Part shown: one piece after another, positions 31,241 through 41,716 of the stretch
Layout of the letters: each line of letters starts with the position of its first letter
Position numbering within the stretch: position 1 is the stretch's first letter
NCBI GenBank assembly: GCA_009602735.1
Contig: WELA01001485.1
Location: forward strand, 124,001 to 188,000
Length of the DNA: 64,000 nucleotides
Source of the DNA: Mesotaenium endlicherianum
Taxonomy: Eukaryota
Direction: 5' to 3'
The notes under the pieces: generated by a model
Databases searched by the model: none
Seen by the model: the letters and a program-made list of their open reading frames with translations, nothing else
Told to the model about the DNA's origin: nothing
Position numbers and translations under genes: made by a program

Positions 31241-34156
31241 TTATTCCATGCCTCCGGGTTTTCCGCCACCGCCTCCCATCCGCATCATATCACCCATGCC
31301 CATTCTTCCACTTTTAAACATCTGCCGCATTGGATTGTTGTCGTTTCCACGCTGCATGTTGTTAGCGCCAAACCGTCGAAGATTATAGGTAAAGCTGATC
31401 ATGAAATACCTTGTGAGCACTTTATTCTGTATATCCTGCCAGCCGGTAGCAGTTACCTGGCGGGTGAGCGACACGTTCTGGTTCAACAGATCGAATACAT
31501 AAAATTTGAGTTCGCCGGCTTTGTTTTTAAATAGCTGTTTTGACAGGCTGGCATTCCATAATGGTATCGCCGTATTGTACCCGGCGCTCCGGCCACTGCT
31601 GTAGGTATAGCCAAAATCGGTAGACAGCATCCAGCCGCTTTTGGTGTAGTAAGTAGCTTCCGTAGAAGCGTCCTGGGTAAACGTATTGTTGTTCTGTTCG
31701 GGTTTGAGCGTATACCTCGCCATCACATAAGTGGGGGTATAGAAAAAGTTCATGTCGAAATTATCCTTCAAATTGGTTGTCCATGCAATGGTTCCGCCTA
31801 ATGAATGATTGCGGGTATAGTTGCTCAGCCCGTTGATCAACGCCTGGCTCTGGTTGGTTGACAGGTTGGCCCTCAGGTTCATATTACTCTTGGGCGATTT
31901 GATCTGGAAACCATAATTAAAGAAAGCATTCACATTGTAAGTGCCTCCCAGGTTCACCGGCTTCACCATCTGACCTCCGTTGGCGAGCAGTGTAGTAGCG
32001 TTCTGGATATCGTTTTGTACCACGCTGGCATTCACTGTTGCAAAAATGATCTTGCCCGTATTGGCTTCATAAGAATGATACAGTACGCGGAAACTGTGCG
32101 TGAATTGTTGTTTCAGATCGGGGTTACCCACTTTGATGTTGAGCGGATTACTGTTATCCACCACCGGTTGCAACTGGTCGATACTTGGCTGGCCCGTTCT
32201 TCCGTAATAAAAGAACCGCAGGTTACGTGTTTTGCTGAATGCATAACTGAAATTGGCCGTTGGTGAAAGGTTTACATAATGCTGTGTCAGCGTACTGTCT
32301 TTCGTGAGGTTGTGACTGCTTCGGTCTCCCAACTGCAATCCCGATCCCACGCTGAAATTCATTTTAGTATTCTGTACGCGATAGTTCAGCGAAAAGCGGT
32401 TGGCCTGGTACGTGTTTTCAAAAATATTACTCAGGTTCATTACCGGTATATCATAATTACCGGTTGCCATGTCAAAATTATAAGTGTGTTTACCCGAAGT
32501 ATTCCGGTTGCCGGAATAATTATAGTTCAGCTCGATCAACTGGTTCTTGCCCACCGGTTCTGTATAAGAAAAAGTAGTGCTGATGCTTTTGGTTTCCGGG
32601 TTACTGTTGTATACCTGGTTGATGGTATCGATACGCTCTGGCCTGGTGGCCGTAGCGAATGTGTGCGTAATGGAATTATTGGCGCCCGAACCATCGTTGG
32701 TATTCTGCCCCAGGTTCAGGTTCACAGAGAAAGTACGCCCCTTCCTGGAAAACCGGTGACGAAAAGTAGCATCGATGCTGGCATTGTACCCGGAGTTAGC
32801 GCGGGTAGCGTTGGCAGTTGAATTGCTGATATCGATCAGGCTTCCACCCTTACCCATTCCCTGTGATGTATTGGTTTGATTGGAAGTTGAGCTCGTATTC
32901 TGGAAACTGATATTGGGTCTCACTATGAGCACATTGCTCGAATCGAACTGGTGTTCGATATTCAGATCGATTCGGTGATTCTGGTTATGTGTCACGGATG
33001 ATTGGGAAGACCTGGTAAAAATGGATGAGTCGGGCGTCTGCGTCAGTGTCTGGGCATAACTGTTCTGTTCACGGTATGTGCGTTGGTCATTATAAAAATA
33101 ACTGCCGGATAGCTGTGTTTTGGCGCCCCAGTTATCGCGGAAGTTAACACCTCCTGCCCAGGTATTGACAAGGCCTCCGCCACCACTTGTTCCCAACAAA
33201 GAACCTCCCCCGCTAAATCCGCCGCCGCGGTTTCCACCACCGGCGCCGCCAAAACCTCCACCACCAAGTGAACCAAGGATATCCTTTACAGAAAAATTCT
33301 GCTTATTCACGTTATTACCCTGCCCCAACAATGTGATCTGCTGGTTTCCATTCATTCTGCTCAGGTTAAAACTATTATCATACAATCCTTCTTCTTCATT
33401 CGCGCCAAAGCCCAGCGAAGCTTTTCCAAAATAGCCCTTGCGTTTGTCTTTGCGTGTGGTGATATTAATCGTCTTGATGCGGTTACCATCATCGAACCCG
33501 GTAAAAGCGCTCTGGTCGCTCAATGCATCAAACACCTGTATCTTATCGATGATATCGGGAGGCAGGTTCTTGGTGGCCATCTTGGGATCATCACCAAAAA
33601 ACTTTTTACCGTCTACCAGCACCCGCTGCACCTGTTCGCCCTGTGCCTTCACATTGCCGTCTTTGTCCACTTCCATACCCGGAATTTTTTTAAGCAGGTC
33701 TTCCACAACCGCATTGGGCTTGGTCTTGAATGCAGAAGCGCTGACTTCAATCGTATCCTTTTTCATTTGTATGGGCGACTGCATAACCGTTACCATTCCC
33801 AGGTCGTTATCGGCCTGCTTCATGTAAACGGTACCCATACCTATTGTTGCATTCGTTTTTGAAAATTGAAAACGGCGCGTAAACGTTTCATAACCCTGGA
33901 AACTGATCCGTACCATCATATCGCCGAAAGGAATGCCGCTCACGGAAAAGCTTCCGTCCGCTTTGGCCAGGCCATAGGCTTCAATGGTAGAATCCTGCGC
34001 ATTTAACACAGTTACCGATGCATCTTTCATGGATTGCTTCGCAACTGAATCCACCAGTTTTCCGTTGATGGAAGCCGTGGCCTGCGACATGGCTTCCACA
34101 GAAAAAAACAACATTGCGATCGCTAATAAAACTCTGCTCATAAGCTGCTGAATCAT
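31241..34156 (-). CDS. Outer-membrane beta-barrel protein with carboxypeptidase-regulatory-like and plug-like domains (TonB-dependent-receptor-like)
   Basis: Signal peptide; GKLVDS; KDTIE...EDLLKKIPG..VD.DG; VDGKKFFGDDP; GNPDLK; terminal strand YFMISFTYNL. Confidence 0.85.
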   Translation of the reverse strand: MIQQLMSRVLLAIAMLFFSVEAMSQATASINGKLVDSVAKQSMKDASVTVLNAQDSTIEAYGLAKADGSFSVSGIPFGDMMVRISFQGYETFTRRFQFSKTNATIGMGTVYMKQADNDLGMVTVMQSPIQMKKDTIEVSASAFKTKPNAVVEDLLKKIPGMEVDKDGNVKAQGEQVQRVLVDGKKFFGDDPKMATKNLPPDIIDKIQVFDALSDQSAFTGFDDGNRIKTINITTRKDKRKGYFGKASLGFGANEEEGLYDNSFNLSRMNGNQQITLLGQGNNVNKQNFSVKDILGSLGGGGFGGAGGGNRGGGFSGGGSLLGTSGGGGLVNTWAGGVNFRDNWGAKTQLSGSYFYNDQRTYREQNSYAQTLTQTPDSSIFTRSSQSSVTHNQNHRIDLNIEHQFDSSNVLIVRPNISFQNTSSTSNQTNTSQGMGKGGSLIDISNSTANATRANSGYNASIDATFRHRFSRKGRTFSVNLNLGQNTNDGSGANNSITHTFATATRPERIDTINQVYNSNPETKSISTTFSYTEPVGKNQLIELNYNYSGNRNTSGKHTYNFDMATGNYDIPVMNLSNIFENTYQANRFSLNYRVQNTKMNFSVGSGLQLGDRSSHNLTKDSTLTQHYVNLSPTANFSYAFSKTRNLRFFYYGRTGQPSIDQLQPVVDNSNPLNIKVGNPDLKQQFTHSFRVLYHSYEANTGKIIFATVNASVVQNDIQNATTLLANGGQMVKPVNLGGTYNVNAFFNYGFQIKSPKSNMNLRANLSTNQSQALINGLSNYTRNHSLGGTIAWTTNLKDNFDMNFFYTPTYVMARYTLKPEQNNNTFTQDASTEATYYTKSGWMLSTDFGYTYSSGRSAGYNTAIPLWNASLSKQLFKNKAGELKFYVFDLLNQNVSLTRQVTATGWQDIQNKVLTRYFMISFTYNLRRFGANNMQRGNDNNPMRQMFKSGRMGMGDMMRMGGGGGKPGGME

Positions 34157-34379
34157 TGATCAAATATATTTTCCTTTACCAGGCAGCAGGGGTTTAGTCG
34201 ATACAGATGGAAAACTACTGCTATAGCTGGACAAGCGCCTGAAATAATCGGTGAAACACCGGGCAAAAAAGGGCAGTATTGATTTACTTATAATTTGTTA
34301 AGAAAAAAAATATATGCAAATGGTGCAGTAATTTTGATGTTCTGTCAACTGCATTACCCAACACCAATACCATTTAAAG

Positions 34380-34715
34380 ATGAGAAAATCTTTGCACGCT
34401 TATCCTTTTTTTGCGACTAGCCTGATTTTGCTGGCCGCATGTCTTTTTACGAGTTCTTGCGCCAACAATTCACAGGCAGAAGCTAAAAAGAAAGACTCTT
34501 CCGGCACTCACCCAGATCCGATGAGCCTTGAATTAAGATTTACTGCCGATATGCTCGACAACAAAAAAGACCCGTCCTGCGGTATGCCTGTAACAGCCGG
34601 CATGTCAGATACTGTGCACTATCATGGCAAAGTGATCGGCTTTTGTTCGAAAGAATGCAAGGCTGAATTCCAGAAAAGCCCCGATAAATACATAGTGGCT
34701 TCGGAAATGAAATAG
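34380..34715 (+). CDS. YHS-domain lipoprotein
   Basis: Lipobox-like TSSC; DPSCGM...GFCSKEC...F...PDKY. Confidence 0.85.
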   Translation: MRKSLHAYPFFATSLILLAACLFTSSCANNSQAEAKKKDSSGTHPDPMSLELRFTADMLDNKKDPSCGMPVTAGMSDTVHYHGKVIGFCSKECKAEFQKSPDKYIVASEMK

Positions 34716-34737
34716 TTATTCCGCAATAATTTACCTG

Positions 34738-34770
34738 AATGCCATACGATGATATCGTGTGGCATTTTTA
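34738..34770 (+). terminator. Terminator hairpin between convergent YHS and SNF2 genes
   Basis: AATGCCATACGAT-gat-ATCGTGTGGCATT followed by T-run. Confidence 0.75.
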
Positions 34771-34772
34771 AT

Positions 34773-37700
34773 TTAACTGAATAAGTATTCCACGTCTTCT
34801 TTGGTAAGACTCTTCACAAAGCCCTCATCGTCTGTAATGAGTTCGCGGGCAAGGCTTCGTTTCCGCTCCTGTAGTTTGAGTATTTTGTCTTCCACCGTAT
34901 CGGTGCATATCATCCTGTAAGCGAAAATATTTTTCGTTTGACCAATGCGGTGTGTACGATCTATCGCTTGTTGCTCCACAGCCGGATTCCACCAGGGGTC
35001 AACAATGTAAACATAATCTGCCGCAGTGAGGTTCAGACCTACACCTCCCGCTTTCAGCGAGATCAGGAAAACACGGCAGTTCTCATCATTCTGGAATCGC
35101 TGGATGGCTTTTTCGCGTTCGGCTACTGTACTGCTTCCGTCGAAATATTCGTAATCAACGCCCAGCTCTTCCAGCTTTTGTTTGATCAGTGCCAGCATGC
35201 CCAAAAACTGCGAGAATACCAGCGCTTTGTGGTTACTGATGTTTTCAGTGATCTCCCGGCCAATCTCTTCGAGTTTTACCGAAACATTGGGGTATCGTTC
35301 TTCTTCTTTCATGATGGCCGGACTATCACAGATCTGCCTGAGCCTCATCAATCCCTGCAAAATGGTGAGCTGCGATTTTTGTATGCCCTGGTTTTCCACC
35401 ACACCCAATATCTTATCGCGATAATCGTTCCGGTAAGCATCGTAGATCCTTCGCTGCTCTTCTCCCATTTCACAGAACAGTACCATTTCCTGCTTTTCGG
35501 GCAGGTCTTTGGCCACCTGTTCTTTTGTACGGCGCAGGATGAATGGATACAGTAGTTTGCGCAAATGCTCTTTCTGTTCTTTTTCTCCGAACTTGTCAAT
35601 CGGGATGGAGAACTCCTGCTTGAAAAATTCTACACTACCCAGCATGCCCGGGTTGAGGAAATTCATCTGGGCATAAATATCGAATGTATTGTTTTGCAAG
35701 GGCGTACCACTCAGGCAAAGCCGGTTCCTGGCTTTCAGCAGGCCCGCAGCCTTGGTTACCTTACTGCCGGGGTTTTTGATAGCCTGGCTCTCATCGAGTA
35801 TCACGTAATCGAACGGAACTTCCACAAATTGCTTGATATCACTTCGTAAAGTACCGTAGGTAGTGATCAGCACATCCACGCCGTTCATCATCAACTTCTC
35901 TTTGGACCTCCCACCACCGTGATGGATGTTGTAACTAAGACTGGGCGTGAACTTGGTGATCTCGTTTTGCCAGTTGTACATAAGTGTAGTCGGACAAACT
36001 ACCAGCGCCTTGATGTGTTCATTTTCTTCTTTGAGATGATGCAGGAAACTCAATGCCTGTATGGTTTTACCCAAACCCATATCGTCTGCCAGTATACCAC
36101 CCCATTGTACTTCGCGCAGGTAGTTGAGCCATTGGAAACCGCTTTCCTGGTAAGGGCGTAAAATGGATTTCAGGTGTGCAGGGGCTGGTATCTCTTTGAT
36201 GGAATGATTGTCTTTGATCCGTTCATATTTCTCTTCCAGTTGAAAAGAGAGTTCCTCTTCGTCACGCTCCAGGTATAATTCTTCTATTACGCTGAAATGG
36301 TATTTACTCAGCTTCATAGTTCCTGTCTTTCCTTCACCTACACGGAACAGCAACGAATATTTTTTGATCCATTCTTCCGGAAGGATGCCCAGCGTGCCAT
36401 CATCCAGTTGCACAAACTGCTGTTTGTTGGCCAGGGCCTTTTTCACGTCGTCTACCGTTACCTTCTGCTCTCCGAACTGTATCTGCACTTTGGCATCAAA
36501 CCAGTCGGTGTTGCTGCTGATGAATATTTTGGTAGATGGCTTGGCGGTATTGAAACGAAATTTCTTCAAGGCCTCAAAACCGTATACCGGGATATTCATT
36601 TCATTGGCCGCATCCACAAACAGGAAGAACCAATTGTTCTTGAGTACTTCGGAACCTTTCAGCGCCAGCACATCTCCCTCAACCGGTTTTACAAAATGAG
36701 AATGCAGCGATTCCACTTTCTGCACAAATTCCCTTTCAGCATCCAGGTTGCGCTGTATCACAAGCAGTTTATCTGCTACCGGCAGAATGATCTTTTCTTT
36801 ATCGGTACTGCGTACATCATATCCCTTATATGTAAACACCGGTTGAAACAAAAGATAATCCCCCTTCTCTTTCAGCACCACTTTCACATCCGGCTTAATA
36901 TCCTTGACTTCTTCTTTTTGTACATTACTAAAATGCACATTGTATTCTTTCGAAAGCGGCAGCACGAATTGCTGTAACTGCACGGCCCAGTCTTCTGCGG
37001 CAATGGTCATCTTGCCTGAAGGCAGAAATTTTTCCAGCACAATGATGTCTTCCGTGCGATTCCAGGTGAAAAACTGGTTGTGGTATTGAAAAAGCAATGC
37101 AGATCCGCATTCATTTTCGGCGATATTGAGGTTAGCCAGCGGCAGCTTTATCCTGCAATCGATCACATACTGGTGATTGCTGTAGTTTACTTCGAACTCC
37201 GGACTGATAAACGGCAACGTCAACTCAGCCTGCTGCATATTAGCCGTTGTAAAGGTTTTCCCGGATGACAGGTAGAATACAAAAGCGTTACCCGTCAGAT
37301 CGGTAAACAGCTTTTTTATTTTGGGATGGAGGTATTCATTGATGAGGTGACGGGTCTCTTCCGGTAACTCATCGTCGTGTTGCTGTATGATGTTTTCCCA
37401 AATGCCACTGAATGGTGAATTCCGGTTAAGGTACCGGTTGATCTCTCCCGGCAATAATTTACGCAGCTGTTGCAGCAGTATTTTGTCTTCTTCATTAAAT
37501 ACTTCCGTGTTGATGTATTTGCCCAGGTCGAGTTTTACTGCCTTGCCTGTATAGCCCGTTCCAGCCTCATCTGCTTCGCCCTGTACCGCATCCAGTTGAA
37601 GATAGGGGTACTGGTGTTCGTTGGAATTGATTACAATCCCCAGTTTCAGCAATTGCTTTTCTGTCTCTTCTTCGTCTTCTGCAATATCTGGTACTGTTTC

Positions 37701-38534
37701 TTCTATTTTTTTTGGCTGCACAGTCGCCGGCTGGTTCAATGATACTTTTTTGATGGAAGCATTCAGTACACGCAGGAAAGGCTTCCCATCTGTATAAGTG
37801 AATTCAAATTTTCCATCCAGGTCATCTTCCAGCGAATAGCCGTAGAGCGCCAGCAGCTTGTTTTTCTCTTTATCCCAGTTACGGATGCTGTCGAAATAAT
37901 TGGGGCCATAATTGTGCAGGAGCTGCAACAGCACGATGCATTTGTGCACGCAGAGCGGATGTGCCTGGTCGGTGTGACAGGTACAACTCGTATCAAAATT
38001 CCGTTCTTCGTTTTTCTGGATAACCACCCTGAAATTTTCGCCCTCGTATTCCAGCTCGGCCACCACCCTTTCATCTTTTGCTTCGAGGAGATTGGACCTG
38101 CTGCTGCGCAACAGGTTCTCAGCGGCGTCGAAGCTGGCGGGAGATGTGAGCATACGAATCAGCTTCAGATCAAGCTGTTTCATTTTCACTACCGTATGCT
38201 TCTGGTCATAAGAAGATTCCCTGTCGCCCAATAAGTTTTTATCCAACAAGTCCTGCAGGTAAAAAAGAGCGGCTGCTTTGTGACGGCAGATTTCCGAGAG
38301 GTTATACGGACAGGAGCAACGCAGCGAAAGGGTTTTAGCGTCTTTGAACTGGTTGATATGTACTTTATAAAAAGTAGTGTATCCGTCATCTTTCACCCGG
38401 AAAACCACATTGGCCATCAGGTCGTCGTATTCCACCAATTCCACATTGCCGAGCGCATGGATCTTTTTGCCCCTCCGGATCACTTCTTCGGTGCCACTGT
38501 TATAGATATGTTTGACCAGGTACGGTAAAGCCAT
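34773..38534 (-). CDS. SWIM zinc-finger SNF2-family helicase/ATPase
   Basis: Two SWIM-like motifs (CSC...CRH, CTC...CVH); LRPYQ, LADDMGLGKT, DESQ, LSGTPLQN, QAIDRTHRIGQ. Confidence 0.93.
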   Translation of the reverse strand: MALPYLVKHIYNSGTEEVIRRGKKIHALGNVELVEYDDLMANVVFRVKDDGYTTFYKVHINQFKDAKTLSLRCSCPYNLSEICRHKAAALFYLQDLLDKNLLGDRESSYDQKHTVVKMKQLDLKLIRMLTSPASFDAAENLLRSSRSNLLEAKDERVVAELEYEGENFRVVIQKNEERNFDTSCTCHTDQAHPLCVHKCIVLLQLLHNYGPNYFDSIRNWDKEKNKLLALYGYSLEDDLDGKFEFTYTDGKPFLRVLNASIKKVSLNQPATVQPKKIEETVPDIAEDEEETEKQLLKLGIVINSNEHQYPYLQLDAVQGEADEAGTGYTGKAVKLDLGKYINTEVFNEEDKILLQQLRKLLPGEINRYLNRNSPFSGIWENIIQQHDDELPEETRHLINEYLHPKIKKLFTDLTGNAFVFYLSSGKTFTTANMQQAELTLPFISPEFEVNYSNHQYVIDCRIKLPLANLNIAENECGSALLFQYHNQFFTWNRTEDIIVLEKFLPSGKMTIAAEDWAVQLQQFVLPLSKEYNVHFSNVQKEEVKDIKPDVKVVLKEKGDYLLFQPVFTYKGYDVRSTDKEKIILPVADKLLVIQRNLDAEREFVQKVESLHSHFVKPVEGDVLALKGSEVLKNNWFFLFVDAANEMNIPVYGFEALKKFRFNTAKPSTKIFISSNTDWFDAKVQIQFGEQKVTVDDVKKALANKQQFVQLDDGTLGILPEEWIKKYSLLFRVGEGKTGTMKLSKYHFSVIEELYLERDEEELSFQLEEKYERIKDNHSIKEIPAPAHLKSILRPYQESGFQWLNYLREVQWGGILADDMGLGKTIQALSFLHHLKEENEHIKALVVCPTTLMYNWQNEITKFTPSLSYNIHHGGGRSKEKLMMNGVDVLITTYGTLRSDIKQFVEVPFDYVILDESQAIKNPGSKVTKAAGLLKARNRLCLSGTPLQNNTFDIYAQMNFLNPGMLGSVEFFKQEFSIPIDKFGEKEQKEHLRKLLYPFILRRTKEQVAKDLPEKQEMVLFCEMGEEQRRIYDAYRNDYRDKILGVVENQGIQKSQLTILQGLMRLRQICDSPAIMKEEERYPNVSVKLEEIGREITENISNHKALVFSQFLGMLALIKQKLEELGVDYEYFDGSSTVAEREKAIQRFQNDENCRVFLISLKAGGVGLNLTAADYVYIVDPWWNPAVEQQAIDRTHRIGQTKNIFAYRMICTDTVEDKILKLQERKRSLARELITDDEGFVKSLTKEDVEYLFS

Positions 38535-38630
38535 GTTTTGCCAGGAATTAGGGTTTGGGCAATTTGCAAAAGTAAAGGAAAGCGCGGCAGTTACCGAAAA
38601 CTAAAGGGAAGAATGTGGATGAAATGTTTG

Positions 38631-39374
38631 TTAAGATCCCCCGGCCGGGTCTGTAAGGCTTATGAGGTCCCCATTACGGTAAACGGGCAAAACATTGGCC
38701 TGATCGGCCGTTACGCAGTATTCCAGGTCGGCTTCCAGTCCGTAAGCAGCCAGCCTATGCCAGTGGGTAGTTTTACGTATGAACTGTTTGATATCGTTTT
38801 TGTGCAGGCGGTACATATCTTCCGCCATCAGGCTGCTGTCGCAATGGATGGCAAAATGGTCTCTGATCCTTTCAATGACTGCGCCTGCAAAAAGGGCGTC
38901 TTCCAGGTTGAAGCGGTCTTTCCAGGCAGAGCAGCCCAATACCACATTCTTATTTTGCGCCACCAGGTGGTCGCACACGGCAGAGAGGTTGGGAAAAGAT
39001 CCTGTGATAACCTCAGATGCACCATTATTCAGCGCCATGTGTAAAAGCCTGGTACCATTGGTGGTAGTAAGTACCAGTGTTTTTCCTGCGATGAAAGAAC
39101 GCGGGTATTCGGCCGGAGAATTACCATGTGCCAAACCTTCAATCACTTTACCATCACGCTCTCCGGCTGTAATGCCGCCCGTGGTCTTGCCTATCTGGAT
39201 GCATTTATCCACGCTGTCAACGGGAATCACACGCGTAGCGCCATTATACAAGGCGGTAGCAATGGTGGATGTGGCGCGGAAAACATCAATGACTACCACA
39301 ATACTGTTTGAAATATCATAGATATCCAGCAAACGGGGAGATACAACGGTAAATAAACTGGGTTTTGGATTCAT
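38631..39374 (-). CDS. comB: 2-phosphosulfolactate phosphatase (ComB family)
   Basis: VVIDVFRATSTI, AGER, GNSP, LTTTNGT, LEDALFAG; own TATCTTTG promoter element at ~39381-39388. Confidence 0.88.
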   Translation of the reverse strand: MNPKPSLFTVVSPRLLDIYDISNSIVVVIDVFRATSTIATALYNGATRVIPVDSVDKCIQIGKTTGGITAGERDGKVIEGLAHGNSPAEYPRSFIAGKTLVLTTTNGTRLLHMALNNGASEVITGSFPNLSAVCDHLVAQNKNVVLGCSAWKDRFNLEDALFAGAVIERIRDHFAIHCDSSLMAEDMYRLHKNDIKQFIRKTTHWHRLAAYGLEADLEYCVTADQANVLPVYRNGDLISLTDPAGGS

Positions 39375-39399
39375 AGGTTGCAAAGATAAAGTTCAGGAA

Positions 39400-39428
39400 G
39401 AACAAAGAGCCAGCCTGGAAAGGCCGGC
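39400..39428 (-). terminator. Probable terminator of the ssb transcript
   Basis: Minus strand GCCGGCCT-ttcc-AGGCTGGC then TCTTTGTTC. Confidence 0.55.
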
Positions 39429-39429
39429 C

Positions 39430-39598
39430 TTGCACAAAAAGAACCGAGTCACAAAAGATGCTGTTTGCTGGATCATGCGGGGGGAACATAGAAACAACAT
39501 CCATCCGGACAACAAAAACAGCCTGGCACCTTTGTCATTTGACACTCACACGCTAACCGGCTTCAATCGATGCAGGCAGACTGCGTTCTTTTGTGCAA
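39430..39598. other. ~170-nt structured element (candidate ncRNA or MITE-like insertion)
   Basis: Terminal inverted repeat 39430-39450 vs 39579-39598, plus inner stem 39451-39470 vs 39510-39535. Confidence 0.5.
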
Positions 39599-39649
39599 CC
39601 AAACACAAAGAACAGCTGCAGGGAACCTGAGCCGCAGTATTGAGCAATG

Positions 39650-40003
39650 CTATTGCTGCAGTTCAGGAAGTTTTTTCCCCAGTATCAGTAACTCATTGAT
39701 CTGTATTTCGGTTATATATTGTTTATCGCCTTTTTTATCTGTATACTGGCGATTGACCATCTTGCCTTCAAGCGCAATTTCACTTCCTTTGAACAGGTAT
39801 TTTTCAGCAATATCGGCCAGCTTGTTCCAGGCTATGGCCCGGTGCCATTGGGTATCGGACACTTTTTCCCCGTTTACATCACGGTAATGTTCATTGGTGG
39901 CCACACGCAGGTGTGCCGCTTTCTTTCCAGAATCGAATTGTTTAATTTCAGGGTCCTGGCCAAGATGGCCGATCAATTGTACCCTGTTCCTGATCGTGTA
40001 CAT
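39650..40003 (-). CDS. ssb: Single-stranded DNA-binding protein, short form lacking the acidic tail
   Basis: NRVQLIGHLGQDPE, VATNE, TQWH, KGS...EG, YITEI; ends KKLPELQQ. Confidence 0.92.
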   Translation of the reverse strand: MYTIRNRVQLIGHLGQDPEIKQFDSGKKAAHLRVATNEHYRDVNGEKVSDTQWHRAIAWNKLADIAEKYLFKGSEIALEGKMVNRQYTDKKGDKQYITEIQINELLILGKKLPELQQ

Positions 40004-40121
40004 AAGCAACAGTTTTACTTTGATGATGAATCGATGAACGGTCATTCACCGTACCGAATCCGAATGCATCACAAAGTTTAACTGTTCCGGTCTTTTTAAA
40101 AACCGTACTAATACGCAATTA

Positions 40122-41204
40122 TTAGAAAGGAATTTTAACCACCCTTGCTTTTACAGGTGTATTACGTATGTCGATGAAGATTTCGCTGTCAAGCCCGGCA
40201 TGGTCAACAGTTACATAACCCAATCCTACCGCTTTGTTCAGTGAAGGCGCCTGCGTACCGCTGGTCACTTTTCCGATCGCATTGCCTGATGCATCCTTGA
40301 TCAGGTAATCGTGGCGCGGGATGCCTCTTTCGATCATTTCAAAACCTACCAGCTTCCGTTTAACACCTTCCGCTTTTTGTTTTTCCAGTATTTTTTTTGC
40401 TGTGAAATCCTTGCTGAACTTGGTAATCCATGCGAGCCCGCCTTCCAGTGGAGAAGTGGTATCATCGATATCGTTTCCATAAAGGCAATAACCCATTTCC
40501 AACCGAAGGGTGTCCCTTGCTCCCAATCCAATCGGCTTCAACCCTTGTGGCGTACCAATCTCAAAAATGGCTTCCCAGATTTTATCTGCTGCGCCGTTGC
40601 TGTCTTCAAAATAAATTTCTACACCGCCCGCTCCCGTATAACCAGTGGCACTTACCAGCACATTATCTACACCCGCAAATTTTCCTTTGGCAAACGTGTA
40701 ATATTTCAGGTTCATGATGTCCATATCGGTAAGCGGTTGCAACATCTTTGTGGCGTTCGGGCCCTGTATGGCCAGCAGACAAGTCTTATCGCTGATGTTG
40801 TGCATTTCCACATTCCGGGTATTGTGCTTCGATATCCAGTTCCAGTCTTTTTCTATATTGGAGGCATTCACCACCAGCATATATGTTTTGTTCTCTTCGA
40901 TACAATAGACAATGAGGTCATCTACAATACCTCCCTGTTCATTGGGCAGGCAGCTATACTGGGCTTTTCCGTTGGTGAGTTTGGAAGCATCGTTCGAAGT
41001 AACGCGCTGGATGAGATCGAGTGCATCCGGGCCTTTCAGTATGAACTCTCCCATGTGACTTACATCAAAAACACCAGCATTTTTGCGAACAGCTGCATGT
41101 TCATCATTGATACCGCTGTAACTGATGGGCATATTGTATCCTGCAAAAGGGGCCATTTTTGCGCCCAACGCCATGTGTTTCTGAGTAAACGGAGTATTTT
41201 TCAT
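40122..41204 (-). CDS. gcvT: Glycine cleavage system aminomethyltransferase
   Basis: [32 protein letters not shown]. Confidence 0.96.
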   Translation of the reverse strand: MKNTPFTQKHMALGAKMAPFAGYNMPISYSGINDEHAAVRKNAGVFDVSHMGEFILKGPDALDLIQRVTSNDASKLTNGKAQYSCLPNEQGGIVDDLIVYCIEENKTYMLVVNASNIEKDWNWISKHNTRNVEMHNISDKTCLLAIQGPNATKMLQPLTDMDIMNLKYYTFAKGKFAGVDNVLVSATGYTGAGGVEIYFEDSNGAADKIWEAIFEIGTPQGLKPIGLGARDTLRLEMGYCLYGNDIDDTTSPLEGGLAWITKFSKDFTAKKILEKQKAEGVKRKLVGFEMIERGIPRHDYLIKDASGNAIGKVTSGTQAPSLNKAVGLGYVTVDHAGLDSEIFIDIRNTPVKARVVKIPF

Positions 41205-41285
41205 GCTTTTTTACTTTGCCGAGCAAAAATAGGTGAAGCAAGGGGGGCGTAAAAATAAAAAAACAATGTGTTACATTGTTTTCAA

Positions 41286-41624
41286 TCAGTCTGCCGATAG
41301 TGTTGCTTTGATGCCTTCCCCCAATCGCTTTATTCTCAGGTAGGCGTCCTCGTCATTCTCCTTTTTATCGAACCTGATTTGCAGTTTACCCGGATTCGTC
41401 CTTATCTGAAAAATTGCCCGGTCCTGGGGAGCTATGTTCGCATCTATATAATGCTGGATCCGTTTTGTTTTCTGTTTATTGTAATGCGCCGATAATTCGT
41501 ACCTGTCGTCTGAGTCTTGTATCGTAATACTTGTATTCGAATTGTCGAATGAAAATAAACAACCGGAAAGGGTAAAGACCGTAAGCATCAATCCCACGAA
41601 AATGACTGTAGTTATTTTTTTCAT
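41286..41624 (-). CDS. Hypothetical lipoprotein
   Basis: Lipobox LSGC; 112 aa; downstream of the PspC gene. Confidence 0.7.
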   Translation of the reverse strand: MKKITTVIFVGLMLTVFTLSGCLFSFDNSNTSITIQDSDDRYELSAHYNKQKTKRIQHYIDANIAPQDRAIFQIRTNPGKLQIRFDKKENDEDAYLRIKRLGEGIKATLSAD

Positions 41625-41650
41625 ATTGATTGTTTTATTTCGCGATTCTT

Positions 41651-41696
41651 AAAAAAGGGAAGAACCCCGTTCTGAGAACAAAGCAGGGTTCTTTTC
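41651..41696 (-). terminator. Terminator after the PspC-domain gene
   Basis: Minus strand AAGAACCC...GGGTTCTT stem then CCCTTTTTT. Confidence 0.7.
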
Positions 41697-41716
41697 TTTC
41701 CCAACTTCAACCGATT

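Noticed and set aside
34773..38534. SNF2 helicase as an anti-phage defence system
   Set aside because: Stand-alone SWIM-SNF2 with no methylase, nuclease or other defence neighbours.
38631..39374. comB as evidence of coenzyme M synthesis
   Set aside because: No comA/C/D/E in the window; ComB-family genes are common in bacteria without CoM.
39430..39630. 66-aa plus-strand ORF and 62-aa minus-strand ORF (39316-39504) in the ssb-comB gap
   Set aside because: No protein-like features; the region is better explained by inverted-repeat structure.
40311..41252. 313-aa ORF antisense to gcvT (also 25850-26632, 46543-47349, 58496-59344)
   Set aside because: Antisense shadows produced by codon bias of real genes.
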